DNA of 54,733 nt, taken from the IMG/VR virus record IMGVR_UViG_3300032170_000010, positions 1 through 54,733 of that record; one strand, given 5' to 3'. The DNA is from a virus. Its lineage: Duplodnaviria; Caudoviricetes. Both the position numbers and the translations under genes were made by a program. Under the pieces are notes generated by a model. That model was not told the origin of the DNA, made no database searches, and worked only from the letters and a program-made list of their open reading frames with translations. Numbering within the stretch: position 1 is the stretch's first letter; each line of letters begins with the position of its first letter. Positions 1 to 9,500 of this stretch are shown piece after piece.

Positions 1-2
1 CT

Positions 3-779
3 TGGACCATTAACGCCTGGGCCAACTACCACGTTAGGATCACTCACGGCACTGGGATAGGCCAACATCGGTTGATTTCATCAAACACCGCAACTAAATT
101 AGTAGTCTCGGCAAATTGGTCCACCAACCCCGACTCCACTTCCGAGTACCAGATCTTCATCGACGAAATAGATGACTACGTCCAAGCGGCGGTCAAACGC
201 TATTCGCGCCACCAACCCCAAAGCCTGGTCGACGAGTTCCAAGGCAACGGAGGCTATGATTATTCTCTGCCCGACGACTGGATCCAGGGTTTTTCTCGCA
301 TCACCCAGGTAGAATATCCCTATGATCAGCAGCGACCAAACGCCATTCCGAAAGAAGAATGGATGCTCTTTCTCAAGCTCATGAACTCAACTCAAACTCT
401 AGTTTTGAGATTTTTAGCGATTCAGCCCGTGGCGGGGGAATACGTTCGCATTACTTACACAACCCCACACCAGGTCAACGATTCCTCCTCCACGGTTTTT
501 GATAATGACTTCGAGGCAGTCTCCTGCCTGGCCGCTTCTTACTGTTGCGGAGCTCTTTCACGAAAATACTCCCAGACCTCGGATCCCACGATAGCCGCCG
601 ACGTTGTAAACTATGCTGCCAAGGCCTCATCCTACGCCTCCAGGGCAAAGGAGCTCTTTCAATCTTACTTAGACCAGCTCGGTTTAACCGAAGTCCCGGC
701 CAGCGTAGGCACCAAAGAATTCGACACTGGCTTCGTCTGGGGAGAGGAATACCTTTCTCATAAAAGCTGGCATAGGTGA
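3..779 (+). CDS. Head-tail adaptor/connector-like protein, 5' truncated by the window
   Basis: Frame is open from nt 3 (WTINAWANYHVRITHGTGIGQHRLI...); helical C-terminus (AVSCLAASYCC, DVVNY, YASRAKELF); first gene of the head-tail cluster. Confidence 0.6.
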   Translation, partial: WTINAWANYHVRITHGTGIGQHRLISSNTATKLVVSANWSTNPDSTSEYQIFIDEIDDYVQAAVKRYSRHQPQSLVDEFQGNGGYDYSLPDDWIQGFSRITQVEYPYDQQRPNAIPKEEWMLFLKLMNSTQTLVLRFLAIQPVAGEYVRITYTTPHQVNDSSSTVFDNDFEAVSCLAASYCCGALSRKYSQTSDPTIAADVVNYAAKASSYASRAKELFQSYLDQLGLTEVPASVGTKEFDTGFVWGEEYLSHKSWHR

Positions 780-782
780 TCG

Positions 783-1397
783 ATGGTAAACATTGAACTC
801 AAATTTAAGGGCAAGATCCTGGTAGATACCTGGGATGCTTTACGAATTTTCCGAGAGGAGTATCTCAAGGGTTTCAAGAAAAGTCTTGTGACGCTCAGAG
901 ACATGGTAAGAGAGAGAACGCCCATCGGAGCGTCAGCTAGACTCTATCACTCAATCACTTACGTGGCAAAGGACCTAACACCCACGAGTCCATTCGGATT
1001 CCCCACAGCACCACCCGAATTCGAAGGTATGGTCTACGCACGCTCGGAAACTGAAGTCACCTATGGGATATTCGCCACTCCTTACTCCTGGGTCTGCAAG
1101 TATGCTGCCCCAGTCGAGTTCGGCAGCAAACCTCATTTCCCACCGGTCTACGGACCGGAGTCAATTCACGGTTGGGTAACCCATGTTCTGCCGATGATGC
1201 CGAAGTTCGAGGCTATTCTTGTTGCCTGGAAGATCGCTCTCAAGATCTCCAAAATTGGCACCCGGGGGAGATTCATGTTCAGAGACGCTCGGCAGGCATT
1301 CATGTCCCAGGGTATCTTTGAAAAGAATATGCAAGAAGCAGCGGACTTAGCTACCAAGAAAGCCACGGTGGAAACACCGTGGTGGGCTGCGTTTTGA
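783..1397 (+). CDS. HK97 gp10-like tail completion protein
   Basis: RERTPIG..RLYHSI, YAAPVEFGSKPH, IALKISKIGTRGRFMF motifs typical of this family; position in cluster. Confidence 0.75.
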   Translation: MVNIELKFKGKILVDTWDALRIFREEYLKGFKKSLVTLRDMVRERTPIGASARLYHSITYVAKDLTPTSPFGFPTAPPEFEGMVYARSETEVTYGIFATPYSWVCKYAAPVEFGSKPHFPPVYGPESIHGWVTHVLPMMPKFEAILVAWKIALKISKIGTRGRFMFRDARQAFMSQGIFEKNMQEAADLATKKATVETPWWAAF

Positions 1398-1490
1398 CGA
1401 TAACTCTCATTCGCATAGGGGTTTTCATCATCTTATATTTTAAGTCTTTGATTTGCCCCTGCTACGGGCTAAAAACGATAGGAGTTTCCA

Positions 1491-1940
1491 TTGAGTCTCA
1501 GTCTTATAAGAGGTCAAATTAAAACCATCCTCCTGGGAGTCGAAGGAGTTAGCACCAAGGTTCACGATTATGAGCGCTACGCCAAAACCTGGGAGGCTTA
1601 CCTCGCATTTTTCAAGAGCAATGGACTGATCAAGGGCTGGACAATCACTCGCTCTTCAACCCCTGAGGTAGAATCAACCACAACGACGAACATGAGGACC
1701 CACACTTTCCTGATCCGAGGCTACTACTCGCTAGACGATTCCGCTGGCACAGAGAAGACATTCCAGGACATCATCGAAAACATCGCAGCAGCATTCAGGG
1801 GCAACAAAACGCTCAACGGTCAGGCTTTCGATTCAGGCCCTCTCCAAGTCGATATGGTTGGCAATGTTCTGTTTGGCTCAGTCCTTTGTCACTTTTGCGA
1901 GCTTAGATTACTCGTGCAGGAGGAAGAACAATGGCGCTAA
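1491..1940 (+). CDS. Tail terminator-like protein
   Basis: 149 aa between gp10-like gene and tail tube; IENIAAAFRGNKTLNG motif. Confidence 0.65.
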   Translation: MSLSLIRGQIKTILLGVEGVSTKVHDYERYAKTWEAYLAFFKSNGLIKGWTITRSSTPEVESTTTTNMRTHTFLIRGYYSLDDSAGTEKTFQDIIENIAAAFRGNKTLNGQAFDSGPLQVDMVGNVLFGSVLCHFCELRLLVQEEEQWR

Positions 1941-2095
1941 TAAAAATAGTCTGGGGTAACGAGCCCCGAGAAGTTCCCGGTCTTGGTCTTATTGCAGCGA
2001 ACCAAGAAATCTTAGTGAAGGAAAAACTAGCTAAACAACTCATCAGACAGGGTTTCGCTAAAGCCAAAAAGAAACCCAGGAAAAAACAGAAATGA
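1931..2095 (+). CDS. Small basic virion-associated protein (54 aa)
   Basis: Read manually: MALIKIVWGNEPREVPGLGLIAANQEILVKEKLAKQLIRQGFAKAKKKPRKKQK; overlaps both neighbours. Confidence 0.55.
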   Translation: MALIKIVWGNEPREVPGLGLIAANQEILVKEKLAKQLIRQGFAKAKKKPRKKQK

Positions 2096-2262
2096 AGAAG
2101 AACACCAAAGATTGGTTAGGCATCACAGGTCAATGGCTCGGGGTAGGTTTATTCGCTTTTGTTATCTTAAAATACATCCAAGTCTCAGCGCCCTGGCAAT
2201 TCACGGTGCCACTCATTGCGGGCTGGTGTTTTGCCATCGCCACTAAAATTAGGAGGAAATAA
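2092..2262 (+). CDS. Small two-TM membrane protein (56 aa)
   Basis: MKKNTKDWLGITGQWLGVGLFAFVILKYIQVSAPWQFTVPLIAGWCFAIATKIRRK; ATGA and TAATG coupling with neighbours. Confidence 0.55.
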   Translation: MKKNTKDWLGITGQWLGVGLFAFVILKYIQVSAPWQFTVPLIAGWCFAIATKIRRK

Positions 2263-3692
2263 TGAGTCCACTAGGTCAAGGTACACACATTGGTTTAGGT
2301 AAACAAACCATCTGGGATACTCCCGTTGGGGCCTCTGATTATATCAAATTTTCATCTGAGACTCTGACTCTTGCTATCGAAGAACTCATCTCAACATCCT
2401 TAGCTGTCAAGAGAGACGAGCCAGACAGCTTCGAGGGATTAGGCACCATCGCTGGTGATACCCTCCATGAAGTTCACCCCAATGCTCTGGGCTATCTCCT
2501 GCGTGGCTGGTTCGGCAAGATTCTATCTTCGGAGCTCGTCGCAGAGGCAGCTTACAAGCACATCTTCACTCCAGGCAAAGACAAGGAAGCAAAAGGCACG
2601 GCTGACTCCGGATCCGAGACTACTTTAGTCGATGCAGATCTAGTTACCACTGACGACGAATTCAACGGCTGCTGGGTTCACATCATTGCCGGCACCAACG
2701 CAGGCGAATGGGCACTCATCACGGACTCCGAGGCAACAACTAACACCATCACCTTTGCCGCTATGCCTCTAGCCATTGACGACACCAGCGTTTACGAAAT
2801 CAGGAACGGTCCCGAGCACTGCATTCTTCCTCCATATACCTTAGAGATTCACCGAGATCTGCCTGAAAAAGCCTTTCAATTTGCCGGCTGCGTTCCTAAC
2901 ACTCTGGCCTTCTCTTTTGGAGTGGCGGCAAAGGTCCTCTCCCTCACAGCATCCTGGCTAGGTAAAGACGTTGCCCCCATCGACCCCACAATCCCCAGCT
3001 TTGAACCCACCGAGCCTTTCCGGTGGAACCAGGCAATACTCTTGGTCGGCATCTTCGACTCTGGCACATCCACCAATGGAACTCTCAACACTACTACCCT
3101 TCTCAACGACACCGGCAAAACCTGGGTAGAGGATGCCTTAATCGGCAAGTACATCAGAATGACTTCTGGCGACTGCCAGGATCAAATTCGAAAGATCACC
3201 GATAACGACGCAACCTCAGTTACATTCGCTCCGGCCATGTCCGCAGCTCCAGCAGAAGACAAGTATGAAATCTGGAACGAGGACAATCTTATCGAAACGC
3301 TCTCATTCACCCTCTCAAACGGTCTCATCGGCGTTCCACTACTCAACAATACCAAGCGCATCGCTAAGATTGTCGGTGATGCTTTCAGGTCCGGCACCAT
3401 TGCTCCCACTCTTCACGTTGAAGACAAGACAAACTGGGAAACCTACTTTAAGGGCTGGACGACGAGACCCTGGTTGGTTCTCTTCCGAGGAGTAGCCCTT
3501 ACTGGAGCAACAGGATACTACAATGAACTCCAGTTTCATTTGCCCAAGGTTCTCTTCACGGCCTACCCTCTGAGTGTAGCAGGTCCAGGTAGATTAACAG
3601 TCGGTGCCACGGGCAAGATTAAGTATGATTCAACGGCTGCCCATCAATATTTAGCTAAAGTCGTTCTTTTCAATACCAAAGTTAGTTACTGA
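2262..3692 (+). CDS. Phage tail tube protein with two inserted ~70-aa modules
   Basis: N-terminal G.G.HIGLGKQT.W.TPV, YKHIFTP, YTLEIHR, F.GC....L.FSF; AGGAGG RBS; followed by a terminator. Confidence 0.75.
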   Translation: MSPLGQGTHIGLGKQTIWDTPVGASDYIKFSSETLTLAIEELISTSLAVKRDEPDSFEGLGTIAGDTLHEVHPNALGYLLRGWFGKILSSELVAEAAYKHIFTPGKDKEAKGTADSGSETTLVDADLVTTDDEFNGCWVHIIAGTNAGEWALITDSEATTNTITFAAMPLAIDDTSVYEIRNGPEHCILPPYTLEIHRDLPEKAFQFAGCVPNTLAFSFGVAAKVLSLTASWLGKDVAPIDPTIPSFEPTEPFRWNQAILLVGIFDSGTSTNGTLNTTTLLNDTGKTWVEDALIGKYIRMTSGDCQDQIRKITDNDATSVTFAPAMSAAPAEDKYEIWNEDNLIETLSFTLSNGLIGVPLLNNTKRIAKIVGDAFRSGTIAPTLHVEDKTNWETYFKGWTTRPWLVLFRGVALTGATGYYNELQFHLPKVLFTAYPLSVAGPGRLTVGATGKIKYDSTAAHQYLAKVVLFNTKVSY

Positions 3693-3718
3693 AACTAGCT
3701 TCTAGTTCCGAAATCCAA

Positions 3719-3781
3719 AGCGGGGAAGGAAGGCGAGGCAAGAAGCCTCTCGCTAATGATCCTTCTTCGCTATTTTTTTTT
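3719..3781 (+). terminator. Intrinsic terminator after the tail tube gene
   Basis: AGCGGGGAAGGA/TCCTTCTTCGCT stem with an inner hairpin, then a T9 run. Confidence 0.7.
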
Positions 3782-3797
3782 ATTCTAGGAGGCAAAA

Positions 3798-4883
3798 TTG
3801 CCAGAACTATCAATCATCATGTCCCTAAAAGACATGATCACCACTAAAATCAAAGAAATCATCGAGCTTTTCAACCAGCTCACCGGCCACACGGAAGAAG
3901 CGGCTAAGAAACAGGCAGAGCTCACCGAAAAAGTCAAAGTAGACTGGGAAGAACACGAGGAATATCGAAAAGATCGCGAAGAGATGGCAAAGGCAGAAGC
4001 AGAAGAATACGAGCGAGAAGCTGAACTTATGGAGTTTGAGCGAGAAGAGCGAGCGAAAATCCATGAAGAAGAAGTGAAAATGGCTGAAGAAGAAGCCAAG
4101 CTCATGGAGTTTGAAGCAGATCTCCGCAGGGATCTGGCCGAAGAAGAAGAGCTAATGGCCGCTCGTGAACTCGAGGACATGGAAAAAGTTTACGGAGCTC
4201 GAAAGACACTCCAGGAAACGGCCGAGGAGTATGGCAGAACTCAGACCGACATCCTTGAATCGGTGGCAATCCTCGAGGAAGAAACTACTGAAAAGACAGA
4301 AGAGCACAAGAAAGCAATCGAGGTCCTCACCGACATAGCCGGCGAATACGGAACACGCCAAACAGATATTTGTGAGACCATCGCCAAAGCAGAAGAAGGA
4401 CTAATTTCCCTCACCGAAGACCGCCAAACCAAAATCAAGAACCTAGAGGACCAAGCGGAAGAATACGGTCGAACGCAGACAGATATTCTCGAATCGGTAG
4501 CCACGCTGGAGGAAACAGCCAAGGAAAAGACGGAAGAACACCAAAGAGCAATAGCGATCCTCACTGGTATAGCGGAGGATTACGGAGCGCGGCAAACGGA
4601 CATTTTGGAAGACGTTGCTCGCTTGGAAGAAGAGGCGGCCAAGGAAACAAAGGAGCACAAAGAAGAGGTCTCAAAGTTATCGGGCGAACTCCCAAGTCTC
4701 TCCAGAGAACTCGATGGAGTCCGCGACTCGGTCAACTCATTAGCAAACTGTTTCGACGACCTAGAGACCCAAGCTCGCGAAGCAAAAGAGGAAGTGAAGG
4801 CTCTCCACAGAGAGATTGACGCACTCCACGACAAAGAAATCACCATAACCGTCAACTACGTTTACACGGAGGAGTGGAAATGA
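3798..4883 (+). CDS. Short, highly acidic tape-measure-like coiled-coil protein
   Basis: TMP-like N-terminus (ELSIIMSLKD) and C-terminus (IDALHDKEITITVNY); four 39-aa repeats; lies between tube and Dit-like gene. Confidence 0.6.
   Translation: MPELSIIMSLKDMITTKIKEIIELFNQLTGHTEEAAKKQAELTEKVKVDWEEHEEYRKDREEMAKAEAEEYEREAELMEFEREERAKIHEEEVKMAEEEAKLMEFEADLRRDLAEEEELMAARELEDMEKVYGARKTLQETAEEYGRTQTDILESVAILEEETTEKTEEHKKAIEVLTDIAGEYGTRQTDICETIAKAEEGLISLTEDRQTKIKNLEDQAEEYGRTQTDILESVATLEETAKEKTEEHQRAIAILTGIAEDYGARQTDILEDVARLEEEAAKETKEHKEEVSKLSGELPSLSRELDGVRDSVNSLANCFDDLETQAREAKEEVKALHREIDALHDKEITITVNYVYTEEWK
4224..4691 (+). repeat. Four 117-nt (39-aa) coding repeats, (E/G)EYGxxQTDI
   Basis: Units begin at 4224, 4341, 4458 and 4575. 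Confidence 0.85.
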
Positions 4884-5119
4884 ATAAAAACATGAGTCCT
4901 CAAATGCCTTTACCCGCAGCGATTCAGCACCTCGAACTTCTTCGTGAGAAAATAGAGGCTCTTCGTGACCGAACCGTCACCACTCACATCACTCGCCCCA
5001 CTCCTTCTTTAACTCCACCACTCGCTTCCCTTCCCGATGACCCGACTTTCTACGACCGACTCTGGCGAGAGCACCTAAAGGCAGCTTACGAGAGAGATCA
5101 AGCCAGGAGGACACCATAA
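4880..5119 (+). CDS. Small protein resembling a TMP C-terminus
   Basis: IEALRDRTVTTHIT echoes IDALHDKEITITVN of the upstream ORF; ATGA overlap. Confidence 0.5.
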   Translation: MNKNMSPQMPLPAAIQHLELLREKIEALRDRTVTTHITRPTPSLTPPLASLPDDPTFYDRLWREHLKAAYERDQARRTP

Positions 5120-5517
5120 TGGCACTAAAACCGAAATTGGGTCCCGAAGGTTCAGAGTATCTCATCCCCGTCGATGACATAGAAAAAGCCGACTACTGGT
5201 TCGAGGAGGTCAAGGTAACGCATGAGCTGCATAGTGGATCAAAAAAGTTCTACCACAAAGGCTACAAGTTCAGGGCCAGACTCACACTCAACAGGATGCC
5301 CCAGACTACTTACGATAACCTAAGAGCTGAATACAATCGACATACTGAACTTAACTTTATTCCTAACTTCGAGGATTATCCGTCCACGAACTTCCAGGTC
5401 AGGTGGATCAACGACTTCAACTTCGTCTACTGCTATCCCTACGACTTTACGTATTGGAGAGGCTCGATCGAGCTAGAAGGGACGGAAATACTTTCCTCAG
5501 TCCCAGGCTGGATATAA
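5119..5517 (+). CDS. Distal tail (Dit)-like protein
   Basis: 132 aa after the TMP, beta-rich, ending YWRGSIELEG. Confidence 0.55.
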   Translation: MALKPKLGPEGSEYLIPVDDIEKADYWFEEVKVTHELHSGSKKFYHKGYKFRARLTLNRMPQTTYDNLRAEYNRHTELNFIPNFEDYPSTNFQVRWINDFNFVYCYPYDFTYWRGSIELEGTEILSSVPGWI

Positions 5518-5519
5518 CT

Positions 5520-5822
5520 ATGAACAAAAATTTAATCGAAATCAGGGAACTCAGGACAAAGGAGCACCGGCTCCTAGGAGAAGTCTCCAGTATCCGCAAG
5601 CGAAGAGAAAAGCTCAAGAAGCAATACTTCGGCGCCGATGAGGAGAAGGATTTTACCTTTGAGCTTCTGGAAGCAGTTTTGACTGATTATCTCACCAAGA
5701 AGCAAATCAAGGAGGTAGTCAAGAACTTCGAGGTCTCCTTTGAACGGTTAGAGACAGTTTTGGCAGGCCATCTCACGGAAGAGCAGATTAAGGAAGTTAT
5801 AGACAAGCTGAAGGAGGTTTAG
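5520..5822 (+). CDS. Hypothetical protein with a short internal duplication
   Basis: FELLEAVLTDYLTKKQIKEV / FERLETVLAGHLTEEQIKEV. Confidence 0.5.
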   Translation: MNKNLIEIRELRTKEHRLLGEVSSIRKRREKLKKQYFGADEEKDFTFELLEAVLTDYLTKKQIKEVVKNFEVSFERLETVLAGHLTEEQIKEVIDKLKEV

Positions 5823-6101
5823 ATGCCTTTAAGCGACGAGGAGTTTGAGCAGATAAAGAAGCTCTGGGCCGAGGCTTATCTCAAGCTGACCGAGATAGGC
5901 CAGATTATAGGCAGGCACGCAAAAACCTTCGAGGAGAAGATAGGAATGGGGCAAACGGAGGCAACGGCCATCATACAGCGAAAGGACGGAAGCATCAGGA
6001 GGATCCAAGAATATAAATTTAAGATAAGAAAAAATAAAGAGGGAAAGCCGATTATGGAATTAAAAGATAGAGCAATTAAGGACTTTCCCAAGGAGGGATA
6101 A
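5823..6101 (+). CDS. Hypothetical protein
   Basis: GGAGG RBS, tightly packed in the operon. Confidence 0.55.
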   Translation: MPLSDEEFEQIKKLWAEAYLKLTEIGQIIGRHAKTFEEKIGMGQTEATAIIQRKDGSIRRIQEYKFKIRKNKEGKPIMELKDRAIKDFPKEG

Positions 6102-6104
6102 GAA

Positions 6105-6494
6105 ATGGCTAAAGTGAGTTCGGCAATCTTGAATGATGCCAAGGCGAACGTCGCGAAGCAAATCCCCAACGTGGCAACCTGCCACTCCTACGCCGGCATG
6201 GGCGCAGGGGAGAACGCCGATGGAGCGGTGGCTACTGACACCGACCTGAAAGGCTCGGATCTCCACTACAATGACGTGACAGGTACCTACGAGGCCGACT
6301 ACAAGTCGGTCTGGCAGAGCACCTTCCTCTACGCGGACTTCACCGGGCACATCATAAGGGAGCTGGTGATATGCGAATCCGCAGCAAGCCATGCAAATAA
6401 GTCACTCCTGCGAATGACGATTGATGCGGTCACGCTCGCCCTGGACGAGCAGGTGACCTTTATCATTAAGAATGCAGTTCAGCAAGGAGCATAG
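6105..6494 (+). CDS. Phage tail structural protein
   Basis: GMGAG..A...TDTDL...I.E.......LLR...DAVTL pattern common in tail-associated proteins. Confidence 0.55.
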   Translation: MAKVSSAILNDAKANVAKQIPNVATCHSYAGMGAGENADGAVATDTDLKGSDLHYNDVTGTYEADYKSVWQSTFLYADFTGHIIRELVICESAASHANKSLLRMTIDAVTLALDEQVTFIIKNAVQQGA

Positions 6495-6510
6495 GAACTT
6501 CTCAAAAAAA

Positions 6511-9500
6511 ATGAACCTAATCGATAGAGTCATCCTCACGCATCCATTTTTCCATAGCATTGACGCATACCTTGGAAAACCCAAGCCCATTCACTTATGC
6601 TGGCTCTTTGAAAAATTGGGCCTTCCAGTACCCCGCTACTTTGTGGGTTGGACTGATACTGGAGGCGGAGACCACGGGGGGGCTGACTGGGAACCAGCTA
6701 ATGGTCTTAACATTGCTGGAAATCATACCAACATTGGAGCTTTTAATGTTCTAGGTGGAAGAACCGTTTACGTTCAACCTTGGAACGGAGCATCTTACGG
6801 AACTGTTGAAATCCACGCTAATACCATATCTATTGTTGGAACTCTAACCGCTTCTGGAAAAGGATTCTTAGGAGGTAATGGAGGAGCTGGAGGAAATGGG
6901 GGAGCTTCCTCTTCTGGAGGCGCAAATGGTATTCAGGGCAGTGTGGGAAATGGTTTATATGGAGGGGCTGGTGGAGCGAAAGGAAATGGAGGCTCTTTTC
7001 CAGGAAGTTGTAGTTTTGAAAGACGCCACGGTGGTGTAGGAGCTGGGGGGAGTATAGGTGGATATGCTGCTTCTGGGGGCCAAGGTGATGCTTCCACTGA
7101 TGAATCTTTATTAAAAGGCTCTGGTGGAGGAGGAGCTGGCGGTGGTGGAGGAGGAAGTGCAGTATTCTGCTCGGGAGAATGGTGCACCACTGGTGCAGGT
7201 GGTGGAGGAGCTGGAGCTGGTGATAGAGGCGGGGGATGGATAAAACTTTATGCTACCACTTCAATAAATATATCCGGTAATGTTTTTGCTAAAGGATTAG
7301 ATAATTCGGCTGGTAATGGAGCAAATGGAGGAAATGGGACTGCTGGTGGCTCCTGCTCTGTTTTTGGACCTGGCGGTTCAGGTGGAAATGCAAGTGCATC
7401 TGGAAATTCTAATGGTGGCGCAGGTGGAACGGCTAATTTCGCTATTTCAGCAGGAAATGGTGGAGCTGGCGGAGAAGGTAGCTGGGGAGCGGGCGGAGGA
7501 ATACTTCTAAAGTGCACCGCGGCAGACGCTATTTCTCTTTCCGGCTCGACATTTGACAATAGAGGTGGAAATAACGCCACAACCAATGGTGGGACCATCA
7601 AGATCTTCTGGGGTGGAGAGCCAAACGGTCCTCCAACTGGTGGTGCCACTTTGCATTATGGAAGATTATATACTAAAAACGTTAATCCAGTGATAACCCT
7701 CTTGGAAACTCTAGCTCTCAAAGAGTCTTTACCATTAATTCATCGGAAACCCCCCGCCTTGGAAGAAAGTATTGCACTAAAGGATGTGTCCAATATACCT
7801 CTCGGTCCCGATATTGTTTTCATGGAGGCAATTGCACTCAAAGATGTATCTAACGTACCCCTTGGACCTGACCTTATCTTAGAGGAGACCATTGGACTCG
7901 CAGAATCCTTGACCGAAATAAGCAGAGCGCTCCTTCTGGAAGAAGCCATAGCACTCAAGGAAACCCTGCCGGTCATTCGCCGGGAGCCTCCGGCCTTGGA
8001 GGAGGCGATCGCTCTCCTGGAGTCCCTGCCGGTAATTCACCGGGAGTTGCCGCCTCTCGAAGAAGCCCTGGCGCTCGCTGAATCCTTTGTTGCCTCCGAG
8101 CAGACCATCGTTCGAGCTACGGCAACCGCCGAGTTCCTCGCCGAGCAGGCCAAACGAACCAACCAACCCGCCAAGCGAATCTGGCTCTACATCAACAGCA
8201 GCCTTTACGACATCACGGACAAATTCATGTCAATGGGGCCGATCGACAGGAAGATGACCTACGAGCCGGGAAAAACGAAGCTCTTGACTATTTCAGACCA
8301 GAATTTGGTGATGTCCAATGCCGACAGGTACTTCAGCGACCTCAACCCTGACTCGCCTTTTTACGACCGGGACTATGCCGGGGCAGACCAGATTAAGGTC
8401 TATGCCGGTTTTATCATTCCCTCGACTGGCTATGCCGAGGTTTTGGAAAAAGCCGATACGAAGCTGATTTCCATTGAGTTGGCGACCAAAGAGGCAAAGG
8501 CTTTTCTGACCTGCCAAGATTCCTTCCGAGAGGTTGCTGATATTTATGTGGGGATGCCGGATGCAGATGGCACTCCCAACCCCCTGACCTATACGAGCAA
8601 ATCGTTCAAATACATCATGGACGATCTTCTGATTAATAAAGCAGGAATTTCCTCCGCTAAAGTTGATATAGAGGATGTATCTTTGACCTTTTCCTCAATT
8701 TCCTTTGAGAAGAAGAAGATTAGGGACTGCGTGCAGAAGCTCTCAGAAGTGGCAAGAGGCACCATCGTGGTTCTGGGAGACGGGACGGTTCAGTTCAGAA
8801 GATTTGTCTCAGAACCTACAGAAGTAGATTTGATCATGAGGTCGGGGGAGAACTACTCCAGGCTCAGATACACAGGCCAGGATTTCCTTTTGAAAGTGAA
8901 TAAAGTCGTAGTGATTGGTGCGACCGGGGTCTATGCTGAAGCAGAAATTTCGGGTGAGACGGGGGTCACTCTGAAATATGAGAACGATGCAATTCTAACC
9001 GATGCGGTAGCGGCTGATGTGGCAGCCGAGTCTCTAGGAAGGTTTGCTGTCCACCCGATGAAGGTGGAGGTAACAGGCGAATACCTTCCAAGCCTGGATT
9101 TGAAATCAGTAGTCCAGGTCTATGAACCCAGTTCGATGATGGCACCCAAAGTCTTTCAGGTCAGGGAATTGGCCCTGGACATTGTGGCTCATTCAACTCG
9201 AATGCTTCTGGCTGCCCCTGGCGCCGCTGGAAGGGCAAAGACGTGGACGACGACAGCCGACTGGGAAAGCGGAACTTTGGTGAACCTGATAGTCCCAGAG
9301 GACGATGACAGACTGGAATTAAAGAGAGCAAACCTATTAGGGACAGGCACGTTTATTTTTGACGCAGGGGAGGGTCTGACGGCAAACTGGATCTACTTCA
9401 ACTCCTCCAAGCCAAACCAGAACATCTATTATAGGGATGACTTCCGGGATAATAGCTTGGAAGCCTGGACAATAGTAGGAGGCACCTGGCAGGGTGTTAA

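Noticed and set aside
6603-6614. Additional GCTCTTTGAAAA boxA-like match
   Set aside because: Lies in frame within coding sequence (WLFEK); cannot be told from chance
6933-7649. Pro-rich minus-strand ORFs, and Ser-rich ones at 3785-4855
   Set aside because: Shadow frames of Gly-rich and Glu-rich coding sequence
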